Notes: generated by a model from the sequence alone, not told the origin. A stretch of 59,501 nt of DNA from a virus (IMGVR_UViG_3300025889_000128:1-59501), one strand, 5' to 3'. Numbered from the stretch's first letter, positions 9,972 to 19,743 are shown. Numbers and translations: made by a program.

Positions 9972-10322
9972 TTGGTAGACATCTATGTTGACGGTGGTAC
10001 TAGACATTCTAATATATGCCTAGTAGATGGTTCTCATGTTGTGGTAAAACATAGAAGAGGTAAACCAACTAACAATGAATTAGAATACTTGGCTTTAATG
10101 TATGCACTTGGATATGTTAGGGATAAATACAAGGGAGAAAAGGTAACCATATTTAGTGACTCTCAATTAATGGTAAATCAAATGAATGGAAAATATAGAG
10201 TAACAACTCCAACACTAGTAGAATTACATGATAAATGTTCTAGCATGCTTACACATAATATAAAAATAAAATGGATTTCAAGGAAGATTAACCTTGCAGG
10301 TCATGTCCTTGAGAAACCTTAG
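9972..10322 (+). CDS. rnhA: Ribonuclease HI
   Basis: YVDGG, TNNELEYLAL, IFSDSQLMVNQMNG, KWISRK.N; TTG start. Confidence 0.9.
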   Translation: MVDIYVDGGTRHSNICLVDGSHVVVKHRRGKPTNNELEYLALMYALGYVRDKYKGEKVTIFSDSQLMVNQMNGKYRVTTPTLVELHDKCSSMLTHNIKIKWISRKINLAGHVLEKP

Positions 10323-10530
10323 TTGGATATGTTGTATGTGGAACATCACCTAGTTCGTTTGTACTAGACTTATAGTGGTCTAAAATTCTCTTGAAGACAA
10401 CTGCATCACTTTCATACATATCACCATTCTTTGTTTTCTTAACTAGTTTTGCAAGTCTTCTGAATTGTTCTTTATCAGCCCATGCAATACTAATGGTTGT
10501 ATGTGAATTGCCAATCTTACGCTTAGCCAT
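10288..10530 (-). CDS. Ribbon-helix-helix-like DNA-binding protein
   Basis: HTTISI strand followed by two helices (ESDAVVFKRIL). Start at MAKRK is more likely than 10545. Confidence 0.5.
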   Translation of the reverse strand: MAKRKIGNSHTTISIAWADKEQFRRLAKLVKKTKNGDMYESDAVVFKRILDHYKSSTNELGDVPHTTYPTKVSQGHDLQG

Positions 10531-10590
10531 GTAAACTTTACACAAGGCTTTTATATAAATCTTCTTATACTAGTTAAGTTCACATAGGGC

Positions 10591-10743
10591 ATGGTATTAA
10601 TATGTGAAATTCCAAAGTGGTTTGAGATAGTAAATGAATGGTGGTTAGATGATGTCATAGATACTACAACATTTTATAATGCTCTAACTCATTTGTTGAA
10701 TACTTTACTTGCAAAATGCACTGAAGTAACTGGACTTACATAA
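10591..10743 (+). CDS. 50-aa protein resembling the thaumarchaeal IPxW..WW..ID..F module (not in ORF track)
   Basis: MVLICEIPKWFEIVNEWWLDDVIDTTTFYNALTHLLNTLLAKCTEVTGLT. Confidence 0.6.
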   Translation: MVLICEIPKWFEIVNEWWLDDVIDTTTFYNALTHLLNTLLAKCTEVTGLT

Positions 10744-10775
10744 CGTTTTTATTTGAGTTACTTGTATAAGACTAC

Positions 10776-11189
10776 ATGGGAATACAAATCTCAGCAAAGT
10801 TCAATGGTAACTGTAAGATATGTGGTTCATCATGGAATATGAATGAACAAATTTGGTATCAGAAAATGCCTAAAGCATTATGTATTGATGAAGAATGTTT
10901 TACACAACAAGGTGGAACTAAAGATGCAGGTGGATTCAGAAAGAAAGCTTTCAATCCAACAGATTCAAGAAGTCTTATCATTACTAATGTACCAGAAGTA
11001 AGAATATCAAATGATACTGCCATGATAGCAGATTTATGGAGACAATATTTTAGACAGGCACATGAACTAACAAAAGAAACATACCCACAGGAAGATGTAA
11101 ATGCCGATAGATTCGGTATGATTAGGCAAACTATTCTCAATCAACTTGTTAACTTGGCAGGCGTTATAGTTACAAGAGATAGAGAGTAA
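10776..11189 (+). CDS. Hypothetical protein with N-terminal zinc finger
   Basis: SAKFNGNCKICG...ALCIDEEC; N-terminus resembles that of 29605-29949. Confidence 0.75.
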   Translation: MGIQISAKFNGNCKICGSSWNMNEQIWYQKMPKALCIDEECFTQQGGTKDAGGFRKKAFNPTDSRSLIITNVPEVRISNDTAMIADLWRQYFRQAHELTKETYPQEDVNADRFGMIRQTILNQLVNLAGVIVTRDRE

Positions 11190-11221
11190 AGTTTATTTAA
11201 TCTTTCTTTTTTATATATGAT

Positions 11222-11470
11222 ATGGTATTCGGAAAGAAAGCTGAAAAACATAGTGAACGTGCAAAGTCAGGTACTAGTACACAGATTGACGGAGTAATTG
11301 CTTTCCTAGAAAAACAATTAAAAACATACGAAGAAGAAATAAAAAAATACAGTGAAGAAGCATTTGCAGAATTTAGAAAAGGTATTGAATACAATATCAA
11401 TCTAACAAAAAGTTCACTCAACTATTACAAACAAACCAAAGATGAGTACGATAGAAAAGGACTCATCTAA
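11222..11470 (+). CDS. Hypothetical coiled-coil protein
   Basis: 82-aa helical ORF. Confidence 0.65.
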   Translation: MVFGKKAEKHSERAKSGTSTQIDGVIAFLEKQLKTYEEEIKKYSEEAFAEFRKGIEYNINLTKSSLNYYKQTKDEYDRKGLI

Positions 11471-11604
11471 AACTCTTTTTTATATTTCCATTTACTCATA
11501 AATTTATCTACGTCAAGTCTACAATGTTCACACAATAAAGCATTGTTACTATGAGGACACTTTACTTTTTCTTTTATTATATTTCTAAGTTCATTACTAA
11601 TCAT
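11467..11604 (-). CDS. 45-aa Cys-containing microprotein (not in ORF track)
   Basis: MISNELRNIIKEKVKCPHSNNALLCEHCR... Confidence 0.5.
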   Translation of the reverse strand: MISNELRNIIKEKVKCPHSNNALLCEHCRLDVDKFMSKWKYKKEF

Positions 11605-11704
11605 ATACACCATCACTGCAATCAACAACAGCACCACAGTTACCACATATCTGGTGACACACTGTCATTTTATCCATCTCATAACCACAGCGATCACAAA
11701 TCAT
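11597..11704 (-). CDS. 35-aa zinc-ribbon microprotein (not in ORF track)
   Basis: MICDRCGYEMDKMTVCHQICGNCGAVVDCSDGVYD. Confidence 0.7.
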   Translation of the reverse strand: MICDRCGYEMDKMTVCHQICGNCGAVVDCSDGVYD

Positions 11705-11719
11705 AATAAAAAAAGAGGT

Positions 11720-12058
11720 TTAAGATGTAGCCTTTGGGGGATACATACTTAGTGCTAGCATTTTTCTGCCAGTTTTTTCGGCTTCCCTCTCAACTACCCA
11801 AACGTCTAATCCATCTGATGCATCTTTAGAGACACATTTTTCCACTACGTCATTCCAGTATTCAGATTTTGCTTGTCCGATAATTGTCTTACCAAATGAA
11901 TGTCTAAGTCCATTTGTTGTTGACAACTCTGCAATATCCGAACCCAATGCTTCAACGTATCTTACCTTAAAACTTTGGACAGTTAACTGGTCACCAGCTT
12001 TAAGTGGTACAGATTTCTCATACGTTTTTCCAGTATCGAGTACTTCGGAAACGTTCAT
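11720..12058 (-). CDS. Hypothetical protein
   Basis: 112-aa beta-rich ORF followed by a T-tract. Confidence 0.7.
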   Translation of the reverse strand: MNVSEVLDTGKTYEKSVPLKAGDQLTVQSFKVRYVEALGSDIAELSTTNGLRHSFGKTIIGQAKSEYWNDVVEKCVSKDASDGLDVWVVEREAEKTGRKMLALSMYPPKATS

Positions 12059-12090
12059 TGATAGTTAATAGTAATACCTATTAATAAATG

Positions 12091-12198
12091 TTATTGAATA
12101 GTTAAGTTCTTTTTATGACAAAGATCACAACTAATTTTTCCTCTATACACATGTAGAGATTCATTAGAAGAATAACAACAGTGACATAGACCACGCAT
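12091..12198 (-). CDS. 35-aa Cys-rich microprotein (not in ORF track)
   Basis: MRGLCHCCYSSNESLHVYRGKISCDLCHKKNLTIQ. Confidence 0.55.
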   Translation of the reverse strand: MRGLCHCCYSSNESLHVYRGKISCDLCHKKNLTIQ

Positions 12199-12233
12199 AA
12201 TAGATTTAAATAGTATGGAATTAATATACCTTT

Positions 12234-12512
12234 ATGGAATGGGAACAATTACCTAATGGTAAATGGAGACCAAAGAGACAATTTAAAAAAAATGCTGAGG
12301 GTAAATATCAATGGGACGATCCTAGATACATGAGAATGAGAGATGAGAAAATGAAAAAAGTTATTTGTTATTGTGAATACTGTAGAGATTATTACAACTT
12401 ACTTGAACCATGTGTGCATCACCTACCTGATAACTATAAGAATCAAAAAATAAAAGAAGCAGCATACAAAGAATTAAGATACAAACAAATTAGAAATGAA
12501 GAGATAGATTAG
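12234..12512 (+). CDS. Hypothetical protein with CxCxxC...CxHH
   Basis: TATA at 12205-12212, 21 nt before the ATG. Confidence 0.7.
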   Translation: MEWEQLPNGKWRPKRQFKKNAEGKYQWDDPRYMRMRDEKMKKVICYCEYCRDYYNLLEPCVHHLPDNYKNQKIKEAAYKELRYKQIRNEEID

Positions 12513-12547
12513 AAAGGTTAATAAGACGGACTATCGTATGACCAGTA

Positions 12548-13348
12548 ATGTTTTGTATTCGTAAAACAATAGAACTTCCAAAGAAAGATTCTATAATGCA
12601 CATGAGACCACTTGGAGACATTCATCTTGGTAATCTTGGTTGTGACATCGACAAGTATCTCAAGAATGTAAAATACATTGCTGACCATCACGACCACTTC
12701 ACTATTGGTATGGGTGATTACATTGATAATGTAATGGCTTATGCAAATGGTGGAGTAGATAAGAGGTGGAATCCTGAAACAGTTGACAGAAGAATGTTAA
12801 CTACTGAGGAACAAACAGAAGTATTCTTAGAATCATGGAAGCCTATCGCAAAGAAAACCGTAGGACTTCATGCAGGTAACCATGAATGGAAAACAATAAA
12901 TCAGAAAAGATTTATCACTGATTTCTGTAAGCCATTAGACCTACCTTACATGGGTAGATTGGCATACACAAGTCTAACATTCACATACAAAGGACAAGAA
13001 GTTAGAAACTATCTAATCCTGTCTATGCATGGTGGTTATTCTGGAATGGCAGCAGGGGGTGCAGTAAATAGAATGAAAGCAATCACTGGAGACTTTGATT
13101 GTGACTTAGTTCTAATGGGACATAACCATGATACTTGGGTAAGACCAATAGTTAGAACTGGTTATGACAGAAAGCATAACTTGCCTGTAGAAAAGAAAGT
13201 TCTTATGGGTAATACTGGAACATTCCTAAGAGGATACGAAAAAGGGGTAGACTCTTATGTGGAAATCAATCCAAAAGAAGCAAAGAGAGTAGGTACTATT
13301 ACCATTACTTTCAACCCAGAAACAGGGGAGATGTTTGGACATGACTAG
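12548..13348 (+). CDS. Calcineurin-like metallophosphoesterase
   Basis: GDIH, GDYID, GNHE, MHG and GHNH motifs in canonical order. Confidence 0.9.
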   Translation: MFCIRKTIELPKKDSIMHMRPLGDIHLGNLGCDIDKYLKNVKYIADHHDHFTIGMGDYIDNVMAYANGGVDKRWNPETVDRRMLTTEEQTEVFLESWKPIAKKTVGLHAGNHEWKTINQKRFITDFCKPLDLPYMGRLAYTSLTFTYKGQEVRNYLILSMHGGYSGMAAGGAVNRMKAITGDFDCDLVLMGHNHDTWVRPIVRTGYDRKHNLPVEKKVLMGNTGTFLRGYEKGVDSYVEINPKEAKRVGTITITFNPETGEMFGHD

Positions 13349-13613
13349 ACCACAAGGAAGATTGCTCAAAGCAAGTAGTGTTAATGACTTGGAAGATCAA
13401 ACACTAATGAGTCCAGAAAAAACAATCAAGTATAAAATCTACGACTATATAAAACGCAGCGAACGTTCATGTACTGCTTCTCAGGTACACTTGGCAGTAG
13501 CCAAAGATTCTCCGAGAAGAACAGTTGAGAAAAGACTTCTTGATTTATATAATCAAGGTCTTATAAATCGACACTCATGTGAATGTGGTTGTGCATTTAT
13601 TTATAGTATTTGA
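13341..13613 (+). CDS. Winged-helix protein with C-terminal CxCxC
   Basis: IYDYIK...TASQV...PRRTVEKRLLDLYNQGLI. Confidence 0.6.
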   Translation: MTRPQGRLLKASSVNDLEDQTLMSPEKTIKYKIYDYIKRSERSCTASQVHLAVAKDSPRRTVEKRLLDLYNQGLINRHSCECGCAFIYSI

Positions 13614-13680
13614 TTTTATATTTCTTTTTATATTTCTTTTAACATGTTAATTTAAATATGGCTATTGTTTAATGGTCTTT

Positions 13681-13821
13681 ATGTTCATCAACATTTGTTG
13701 GAAGAGAAACAATGAAACTTTCAAATCACTTATGCCTGTAGATAAGGCTAGTGTCCTTGTTCAAGAATTAGAAAGACAAGGAATTAAAACTTGGTTTGAA
13801 TCAGAAAAAATAGTTAATTAA
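13681..13821 (+). CDS. 46-aa hypothetical protein (not in ORF track)
   Basis: TATA at 13651-13658, 22 nt before the ATG; MFINICWKRNNETFKSLMPVDKA... Confidence 0.6.
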   Translation: MFINICWKRNNETFKSLMPVDKASVLVQELERQGIKTWFESEKIVN

Positions 13822-13953
13822 CTTACGTTACTTAACTCCCATTTTATTTTTAATTAACTTAGTTAACTTTCAAAGCTAAGTTAAGTAACTTAACTTAACT
13901 AACTTTTTTTGTCCTAATATACATTTTATTTATCAATTTTTTTTAAAAAAAAT
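13812..13953. repeat. AT-rich cluster of TAACT/AGTTA repeats and palindromes (candidate origin)
   Basis: About 11 TAACT/AGTTA copies; palindromes AGTTAATTAACT (13812-13823), AGTTAACT (13861-13868) and A-T8-A8-T (13936-13953). Confidence 0.55.
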
Positions 13954-13957
13954 AGTA

Positions 13958-14101
13958 TTAATCTTCACATTTCTGGATACAATCTTTGATTATACTCAGC
14001 CTGTATTGATTAACATTTGGTTCTTTTTCTAATCTTTCTAACACTTTCTTAAAATCTTTCAAGTGTGCTTTTCTATCTGATTCATTTGAATACATTGGCA
14101 T
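13958..14101 (-). CDS. 47-aa hypothetical protein (not in ORF track)
   Basis: ATG overlaps the radA stop; MPMYSNESDRKAHLKDF... Confidence 0.55.
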   Translation of the reverse strand: MPMYSNESDRKAHLKDFKKVLERLEKEPNVNQYRLSIIKDCIQKCED

Positions 14102-15084
14102 TATTCTTCTACGTTATCCATGCCTTTCTCATTTAATATATATTCTGCATCTGCCATAGCATACTCTGGGCTATCTACCATTCTTGCTATTCTTTTCTTA
14201 CCAGATTTCTTGAAGTATATTCTATGAGTGCTTGCATGACCTACAACATTACCACCAATAGGTTTGATTGGATCACCGAACATTGTTGATGGATCACTTT
14301 GTACTTGATTGGTAAAGATAACTGTGCACTTAAAATAATAAGTAATGTTCTTCAAGTGTGTCATTAATCTTTTGATTTGATTCTGTCTATCTGCTAAAGT
14401 ACCCCTACCCAAATACTCTTCTCTGAACTGTCCAATAGCACCGTCAATTATTACTAATCTAGGCTTGAAATCAAGCATAGTTTTTGATAGATTATTAACA
14501 GTACCCATAAGCAATTCAGTGTTAGGAGTGTAGAAATACTTTATTCTTTGTAGCATTTCTTTTGCTTGTTCTTTATCTTCAACGTATTCTCTAGCCTTTA
14601 GTATCTCAAATATCCTAGCAGGTCTAAATGTATCTTCACAATCAATCCATATCACATTGTCTCCACCATGTATGGCTTCAACAGTTAATGAATTACAGAA
14701 TTGTGTTTTACCTGAACCAAACTCACCATATACTTCGTAAGTTGCCTCTGGTTTTACACCCCCACCCATTAGGTTATCAACTTCTTCACACTTTGTTCCA
14801 AGTGTAGGATAATTTTCTTGATAATCCATCAAGTCTAATGTATCCATGTCGGACTTTCTAATGTAACCATTATCTTCAAGCAATCTTTGAGCATTAAATG
14901 ACCATTGATCTGCTTTCTCTCTACCGACTCCAGTAATTTCTGCAATCTCAGCAGAACCTCTTACACAAATATCAAGTATAGTATTGACACCAAAAGCATT
15001 TAATTTTTTTTCAGTGACAGCACCAACACCATCTAATTGTGAAACTTTTAAATCGATAGGTTGTTCTTCTACAATTTCGTCCAT
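14101..15084 (-). CDS. radA: DNA repair and recombination protein RadA
   Basis: N-terminal HhH (LDGVG), GEFGSGKTQ, WIDCEDTFRPARI, EYLGRGTLADRQ, TNQV, KPIGGNVVGHAST. Confidence 0.97.
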   Translation of the reverse strand: MDEIVEEQPIDLKVSQLDGVGAVTEKKLNAFGVNTILDICVRGSAEIAEITGVGREKADQWSFNAQRLLEDNGYIRKSDMDTLDLMDYQENYPTLGTKCEEVDNLMGGGVKPEATYEVYGEFGSGKTQFCNSLTVEAIHGGDNVIWIDCEDTFRPARIFEILKAREYVEDKEQAKEMLQRIKYFYTPNTELLMGTVNNLSKTMLDFKPRLVIIDGAIGQFREEYLGRGTLADRQNQIKRLMTHLKNITYYFKCTVIFTNQVQSDPSTMFGDPIKPIGGNVVGHASTHRIYFKKSGKKRIARMVDSPEYAMADAEYILNEKGMDNVEE

Positions 15085-15108
15085 GTGAAGTATAGATTAT
15101 CCTACCTA

Positions 15109-17061
15109 TTATGCCTTTCGGTATGTTCCGTCATTGTTTAATCTTACATGATTAAACTTTTCCCAGTTACCGAATAGTTTCTTTGCTTCTATTGGTTCAA
15201 ATCCATTGTCAATTAGTTTCTTCATAAACTCTACCAAGTTTACTTTGCCATTTGCATCTTCACATTCTGACCATGTTCTCTCTGCTAGTTGTTGTTTGTT
15301 TTCTTTGGTAGTTCCACCAAGAACTGATTGTCTATTACCAGAGTTCATAGTTATGTTGAATGAAGTATACATTGATTCAATCAAATCTTTAACTTGCATG
15401 ACATCTTCTATCTCTATAAAGTCTTTCAACTTTAACTTGGCAAGTGCATAAGACAATCTAACTAATGCTTCTAATTGTCTAGTACCTACAGGTAACTCAT
15501 CATTGTTAGATGTTGATCTCATTGTATTGTATATTTTTATTATCTCATTCTTCAAATCATCTGTAAGTTTTGGCTTCTGTGCTCTTGCTAAGTTTATCAA
15601 ACATACTAACTCATTCTCTGTTAATGGTATCTTTTTCTTCTCAGCAGGGTTTGATACAAAAGAATCTATGATATGACTAGCCTTTAACATATCTTCTGTG
15701 ACATTAACTGTATCTCTAATCAACCATATCAAATCAAACCTTGACAATAATGGTGCAGGTATATCTACATTGTCTCTTAATGTAGCACTTGAATCATAAG
15801 CACCATACTTTGGATTTGCTGCTGCTAAAATTGTAGTCTTTGTAGGTAGTGTTAATACAATACCTGCCTTAGCAATAGATACTGTTTGTTGTTCCATAGC
15901 CTCATGCATAGCACTTCTATCATCTTTACTCATCTTATCAAACTCATCAATAAATGCAAAGCCACCAGAACATAATGGCAATACACCTGCCTGTGCTACA
16001 AACCTTTCATTAATTTTAACGATAGCAATAGTAAGACCTGCTGCACTTGAACCTCTACCAGAAGTATAGATTGATTTCTTTGTAATCTTCTTTGCATACT
16101 TTAATAGTTCTGACTTTGCCATTGATGGATCGCCAACTAGAAAGATGTTAATATCAGAACGTCTAGCACCCTCAACACCTCTAACAAGTTGTAATAATAT
16201 TGACAACTTTATGTCTCTCATACCATAGATATTGGGTGCAAAACTACTAACTAATGAGTCAAGATAATCAGTATCCTGTGCCATTAATCTGAACTTCTTT
16301 TCGTCTTCATTAGATGGTAGTATATCTTCATCATCTTCCAAGTTATTTATTGCAAGTACATCAATGTAAACATCATTCTCATTTTCATTTACATCTATTA
16401 TCGACCTGAATATACCAGTGATTCTTTTCTTCTGTCCAATAAATGCAGTGCTCACATCATCACCATAGACTTTACCCATAAACAATACAGGACTACTGTG
16501 AACTGCTTTCTCTAATTGTTCTTGTAAGAATAAAGTTTGAACATCATCTGTTACTAAACTTTCTGGTCTAAATATCATCTTTGCTTTCTTACATGCAGGG
16601 TTACTACATACTGGTACTACAATCTTCTTTTCTATGTCACACTTTATTTGTTGTTCATTGAAACAACTATGACATACTGCGACTCCACTTTTAACATAAG
16701 TTTTAGGTGCATCTGTTGCAGATATAACACAATCAAAAGTAATAACTGTGTTCTCATAGTCAGAATTAATATCATGCATCTCAACTAATGAACTACCAAC
16801 TAATTTTATTTCCAAGTCTTTGAATGTAGTTGGTACATCAATCTCATCATACTGTTCACCAAGTATTTGATACAATGCATGTCTTACTTTCTCTTTGAAT
16901 CCAGTAGGATCTAAACCAAATACTTCTGAGAAATCATTAGACTCAATATCTAATGTGTATATACTGTTGGGTTTCAGTGATGATATTATCTTAGCATTAG
17001 TTGGTGATGATAATTTTGCATAAATAATATCACTGATTGCTGACTCTGTATATCCATTCAT
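15109..17061 (-). CDS. mcm: MCM replicative helicase
   Basis: CxxC...CxxxxC zinc finger, GDPSMAKS, IDEFDKM, HEAMEQQT, AAANP, SRFD. Confidence 0.97.
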   Translation of the reverse strand: MNGYTESAISDIIYAKLSSPTNAKIISSLKPNSIYTLDIESNDFSEVFGLDPTGFKEKVRHALYQILGEQYDEIDVPTTFKDLEIKLVGSSLVEMHDINSDYENTVITFDCVISATDAPKTYVKSGVAVCHSCFNEQQIKCDIEKKIVVPVCSNPACKKAKMIFRPESLVTDDVQTLFLQEQLEKAVHSSPVLFMGKVYGDDVSTAFIGQKKRITGIFRSIIDVNENENDVYIDVLAINNLEDDEDILPSNEDEKKFRLMAQDTDYLDSLVSSFAPNIYGMRDIKLSILLQLVRGVEGARRSDINIFLVGDPSMAKSELLKYAKKITKKSIYTSGRGSSAAGLTIAIVKINERFVAQAGVLPLCSGGFAFIDEFDKMSKDDRSAMHEAMEQQTVSIAKAGIVLTLPTKTTILAAANPKYGAYDSSATLRDNVDIPAPLLSRFDLIWLIRDTVNVTEDMLKASHIIDSFVSNPAEKKKIPLTENELVCLINLARAQKPKLTDDLKNEIIKIYNTMRSTSNNDELPVGTRQLEALVRLSYALAKLKLKDFIEIEDVMQVKDLIESMYTSFNITMNSGNRQSVLGGTTKENKQQLAERTWSECEDANGKVNLVEFMKKLIDNGFEPIEAKKLFGNWEKFNHVRLNNDGTYRKA

Positions 17062-17393
17062 AGTCTTCTATTCACTTCCTTATTTACAATGTTTCCAATC
17101 TGAACATGTCTTTGTTGTACCTTTCTGAAATCATCAGATGATAAACTTGGAATACATTCTTTCCATCTCTCCAATGATGCTAAAAACAATGGTAGTTTTG
17201 CATCAACACTCTCATCACTAAACTCTGTTAACTTTGCATTAATACCTACATGTCTATCAAGATATTCATGTACTGCCAAAGCCAAAAAATGGCTAAATGA
17301 TATGTCATTTGGTCTTATCCTATCAAATTTCTCAAAAATATCCTTGACAGAATCACCAACAGATATTGTTACTGTTTTAGAATTAAACTTCAT
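17058..17393 (-). CDS. RHH-like DNA-binding protein coupled to mcm
   Basis: KTVTISV strand plus helices (ISFSHFLALAVHEYL); ATGA overlap with mcm. Confidence 0.5.
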   Translation of the reverse strand: MKFNSKTVTISVGDSVKDIFEKFDRIRPNDISFSHFLALAVHEYLDRHVGINAKLTEFSDESVDAKLPLFLASLERWKECIPSLSSDDFRKVQQRHVQIGNIVNKEVNRRL

Positions 17394-17425
17394 AGAAAGT
17401 AAATAGTTAATTAAGTTAATAAACG

Positions 17426-17743
17426 TTATGTGGATTCATCAACAAGCTTTATTAATCTTTTGAGATTTTCTGGTTTAAACTTCTTTAACATCTCAACTGA
17501 TTGATGATGTTTCTTACATAATAATGCAAACCTATTTGGATCTCTTTTTATTACAGGTAATACATATTCATTATAAGCATAAGAATCTTTAAAATCTGAA
17601 TATATTTTATCGCTATTTAAATACCTTTTGTGATGAAATACAAACCATTTACCAAATTTTTTACCACATACATAGCATTTACCATCAAACTGTGGCATAA
17701 ATGCTACCTCTCTCTTCATCTTATCCATTATTTCTTTTTTCAC
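17426..17743 (-). CDS. HNH-like endonuclease
   Basis: CYVCG...FHH...LLCKKHH. Confidence 0.55.
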   Translation of the reverse strand: MKKEIMDKMKREVAFMPQFDGKCYVCGKKFGKWFVFHHKRYLNSDKIYSDFKDSYAYNEYVLPVIKRDPNRFALLCKKHHQSVEMLKKFKPENLKRLIKLVDEST

Positions 17744-17794
17744 AACAGTTTTATACTAGTACATTTAATAAATTTTAATTAAAAAAACTTTAAA

Positions 17795-18214
17795 TTGTAC
17801 GATTTCGTAGATACAAATGTGGCAGAGATAATAGGTCAAGGTGAACGTGCAACACTACAAATACTTAAAGATATTTATGGTGATAGTGCAGAATATTTTA
17901 CACAATTTAAATTTAAAGACCTATTAAAAGGAGATTGGATTGATACTGTAACCGAAAGGCAAGAAAAAGAAACATTAGATATAGTAGTTAAAACACCTAA
18001 AAAGACTATGGTATTTAGGGTTCAAGATAAACATCACACTGGTAGAATAACAGAAGCAAGAGATACAGTTCAACGTAAGACTTTGGAATGGAATGATTGT
18101 ATTGTAGTTGATTTATGGTTTCACGATTGTCCCGAATTATGGAAAGATGAAGTAAATGATGCAAGTAAGCAAGAGATAATTACTATACTAAAATCTCAGG
18201 GTATTTACCCATAA
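17795..18214 (+). CDS. PD-(D/E)XK/Vsr-like endonuclease
   Basis: GE...LDIVV...VFRVQDKHH...RD..Q...LE.....VVDLW resembles the DUF559/Vsr layout. Confidence 0.5.
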   Translation: MYDFVDTNVAEIIGQGERATLQILKDIYGDSAEYFTQFKFKDLLKGDWIDTVTERQEKETLDIVVKTPKKTMVFRVQDKHHTGRITEARDTVQRKTLEWNDCIVVDLWFHDCPELWKDEVNDASKQEIITILKSQGIYP

Positions 18215-18468
18215 AAGTGTGCTTTTTTCTCTGTGGTTTCTAAGTTAGGACTAGAAATACCGTTCTTACCTATCTCATTATAGACAAAGTGTTTTTCTTG
18301 TCTAAGTTTTTCACCTAACATCATTAAAACTATATCCATTTCAATAAAATTTGCTTTCTTTTCGTGAAATGCCTTATCCATTAACTCATCAATAGCATCA
18401 AATAATTCTTCAACAATTTCCCAATTTGGGGGTGGTACTTTTTCTACTTCTTCTGACATGTTATTCAT
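18205..18468 (-). CDS. Hypothetical protein
   Basis: 87-aa ORF in a tightly packed run. Confidence 0.65.
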   Translation of the reverse strand: MNNMSEEVEKVPPPNWEIVEELFDAIDELMDKAFHEKKANFIEMDIVLMMLGEKLRQEKHFVYNEIGKNGISSPNLETTEKKAHFYG

Positions 18469-18479
18469 CTAATATGTAT

Positions 18480-18722
18480 CTATTTAAACTTGTGCCTTAA
18501 TTTTGAAATAATTCCAAGAGTTATGGCAGTAATTGGTATTAATTCTATTAAATCTATTCCATATAGAAAGAAATCTAACACTGGATTCTTGTGAGTAATT
18601 ATGCCTAGTTGTAAATAGGCATCGCCAGCCCATACAAAATGAGGTATCTGTAAATATAATATTATAGCAGTAACAAGCATTGATTCTGTTATATGTCTTT
18701 CATACCAATCAAAGAAACCCAT
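18480..18722 (-). CDS. Small membrane protein
   Basis: Two hydrophobic segments. Confidence 0.7.
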   Translation of the reverse strand: MGFFDWYERHITESMLVTAIILYLQIPHFVWAGDAYLQLGIITHKNPVLDFFLYGIDLIELIPITAITLGIISKLRHKFK

Positions 18723-18766
18723 AATATATCAGTAAATTTATAACATAAATACGTTATGTAAGATTT

Positions 18767-19000
18767 ATGGTAACGGTAGACTTTAGAGCATTTGGAAAGG
18801 GTGAAGCAGGTATATACTATGGCTCTAGTGAAAGAATACTTGTATATTTAAACAACCATGAATCATTAACAGATATACTTAAAACTATACAACATGAATT
18901 AATTCATCATTGTATTGCAAAATGCGATGAAGATATGGACGAAGACCAAGAAGAAAAAACAATTTATTTTATGTCTTGGGCTGAAGAATTTTTAATTTGA
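18767..19000 (+). CDS. Minimal HExxH metallopeptidase-like protein
   Basis: AGIY...ILVYL...TIQHELIH...EE. Confidence 0.6.
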   Translation: MVTVDFRAFGKGEAGIYYGSSERILVYLNNHESLTDILKTIQHELIHHCIAKCDEDMDEDQEEKTIYFMSWAEEFLI

Positions 19001-19285
19001 TTGTACATATACCAGTGCATTTGTACCACTTTCTAGTTGAACTTCTATCTTTTTATAATAATCTGTTTCGTATCTATCCAATATTTTTATCTCTTCTTCT
19101 GTAACATCTAAAGTCATACCATCGACATGATCTTCTTTACTTTCTATTATGTTTGGATATGGTAATATATCATGTATTGTTAGTTTGTAACCAAGTAATC
19201 TATCTCTAGTTGAGTTTGGAAATCTATCAAGTAACCTGTACCTTAATTCAGGTATTATTAATGAACCATATACAAATATTATCAT
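18992..19285 (-). CDS. Gamma-glutamylcyclotransferase (AIG2/GGACT family)
   Basis: IFVYGSL, YPNI, VDG, LDRYE..Y, ALVY. Confidence 0.88.
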   Translation of the reverse strand: MIIFVYGSLIIPELRYRLLDRFPNSTRDRLLGYKLTIHDILPYPNIIESKEDHVDGMTLDVTEEEIKILDRYETDYYKKIEVQLESGTNALVYVQSN

Positions 19286-19470
19286 GCTTTATACACCATA
19301 AATTTCGCCCTTACTAATCCATTACAACACTTACATCTAAGTCTTTTGTATTTTTTTTCTTTAAACATGTTTATTTCTCCTACTTTACGTCCACAATCTT
19401 GACAATAATGGTATTTGTCATGTGGTTTTTTTTCAAAAAAATCACAGATTCCTTTGCACATCGCGTACAA
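19282..19470 (-). CDS. Cys-rich zinc-binding protein (paralogue of 32505 and 39531)
   Basis: CKGIC...YCQDC...CKCC...R. Confidence 0.7.
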   Translation of the reverse strand: MYAMCKGICDFFEKKPHDKYHYCQDCGRKVGEINMFKEKKYKRLRCKCCNGLVRAKFMVYKA

Positions 19471-19488
19471 CTCGTACCACGTTGTAAC

Positions 19489-19743
19489 TTATATGTTATC
19501 GTAATCTGCTAATTCTTTATATACCCCTATACTAAGTAACACTTCATCAATTAATTCCTGTGATAAATCTATGATTTCTTGCGTAGTCATGTTATGACAT
19601 CTAGCATTTACCATGTGTTCAAGTATTTCCCTAGATTGTTTTGGAGTATGCTTACCCATAATTGTTAACATACCCAATGCAGTTTTATGTATGAGAAATT
19701 TTTCCCTCTCGCTTAGAGTCAAAACCAATTTTCCCCTAAACAT
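19489..19743 (-). CDS. Hypothetical protein
   Basis: In the leftward operon; exact start uncertain. Confidence 0.6.
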   Translation of the reverse strand: MFRGKLVLTLSEREKFLIHKTALGMLTIMGKHTPKQSREILEHMVNARCHNMTTQEIIDLSQELIDEVLLSIGVYKELADYDNI

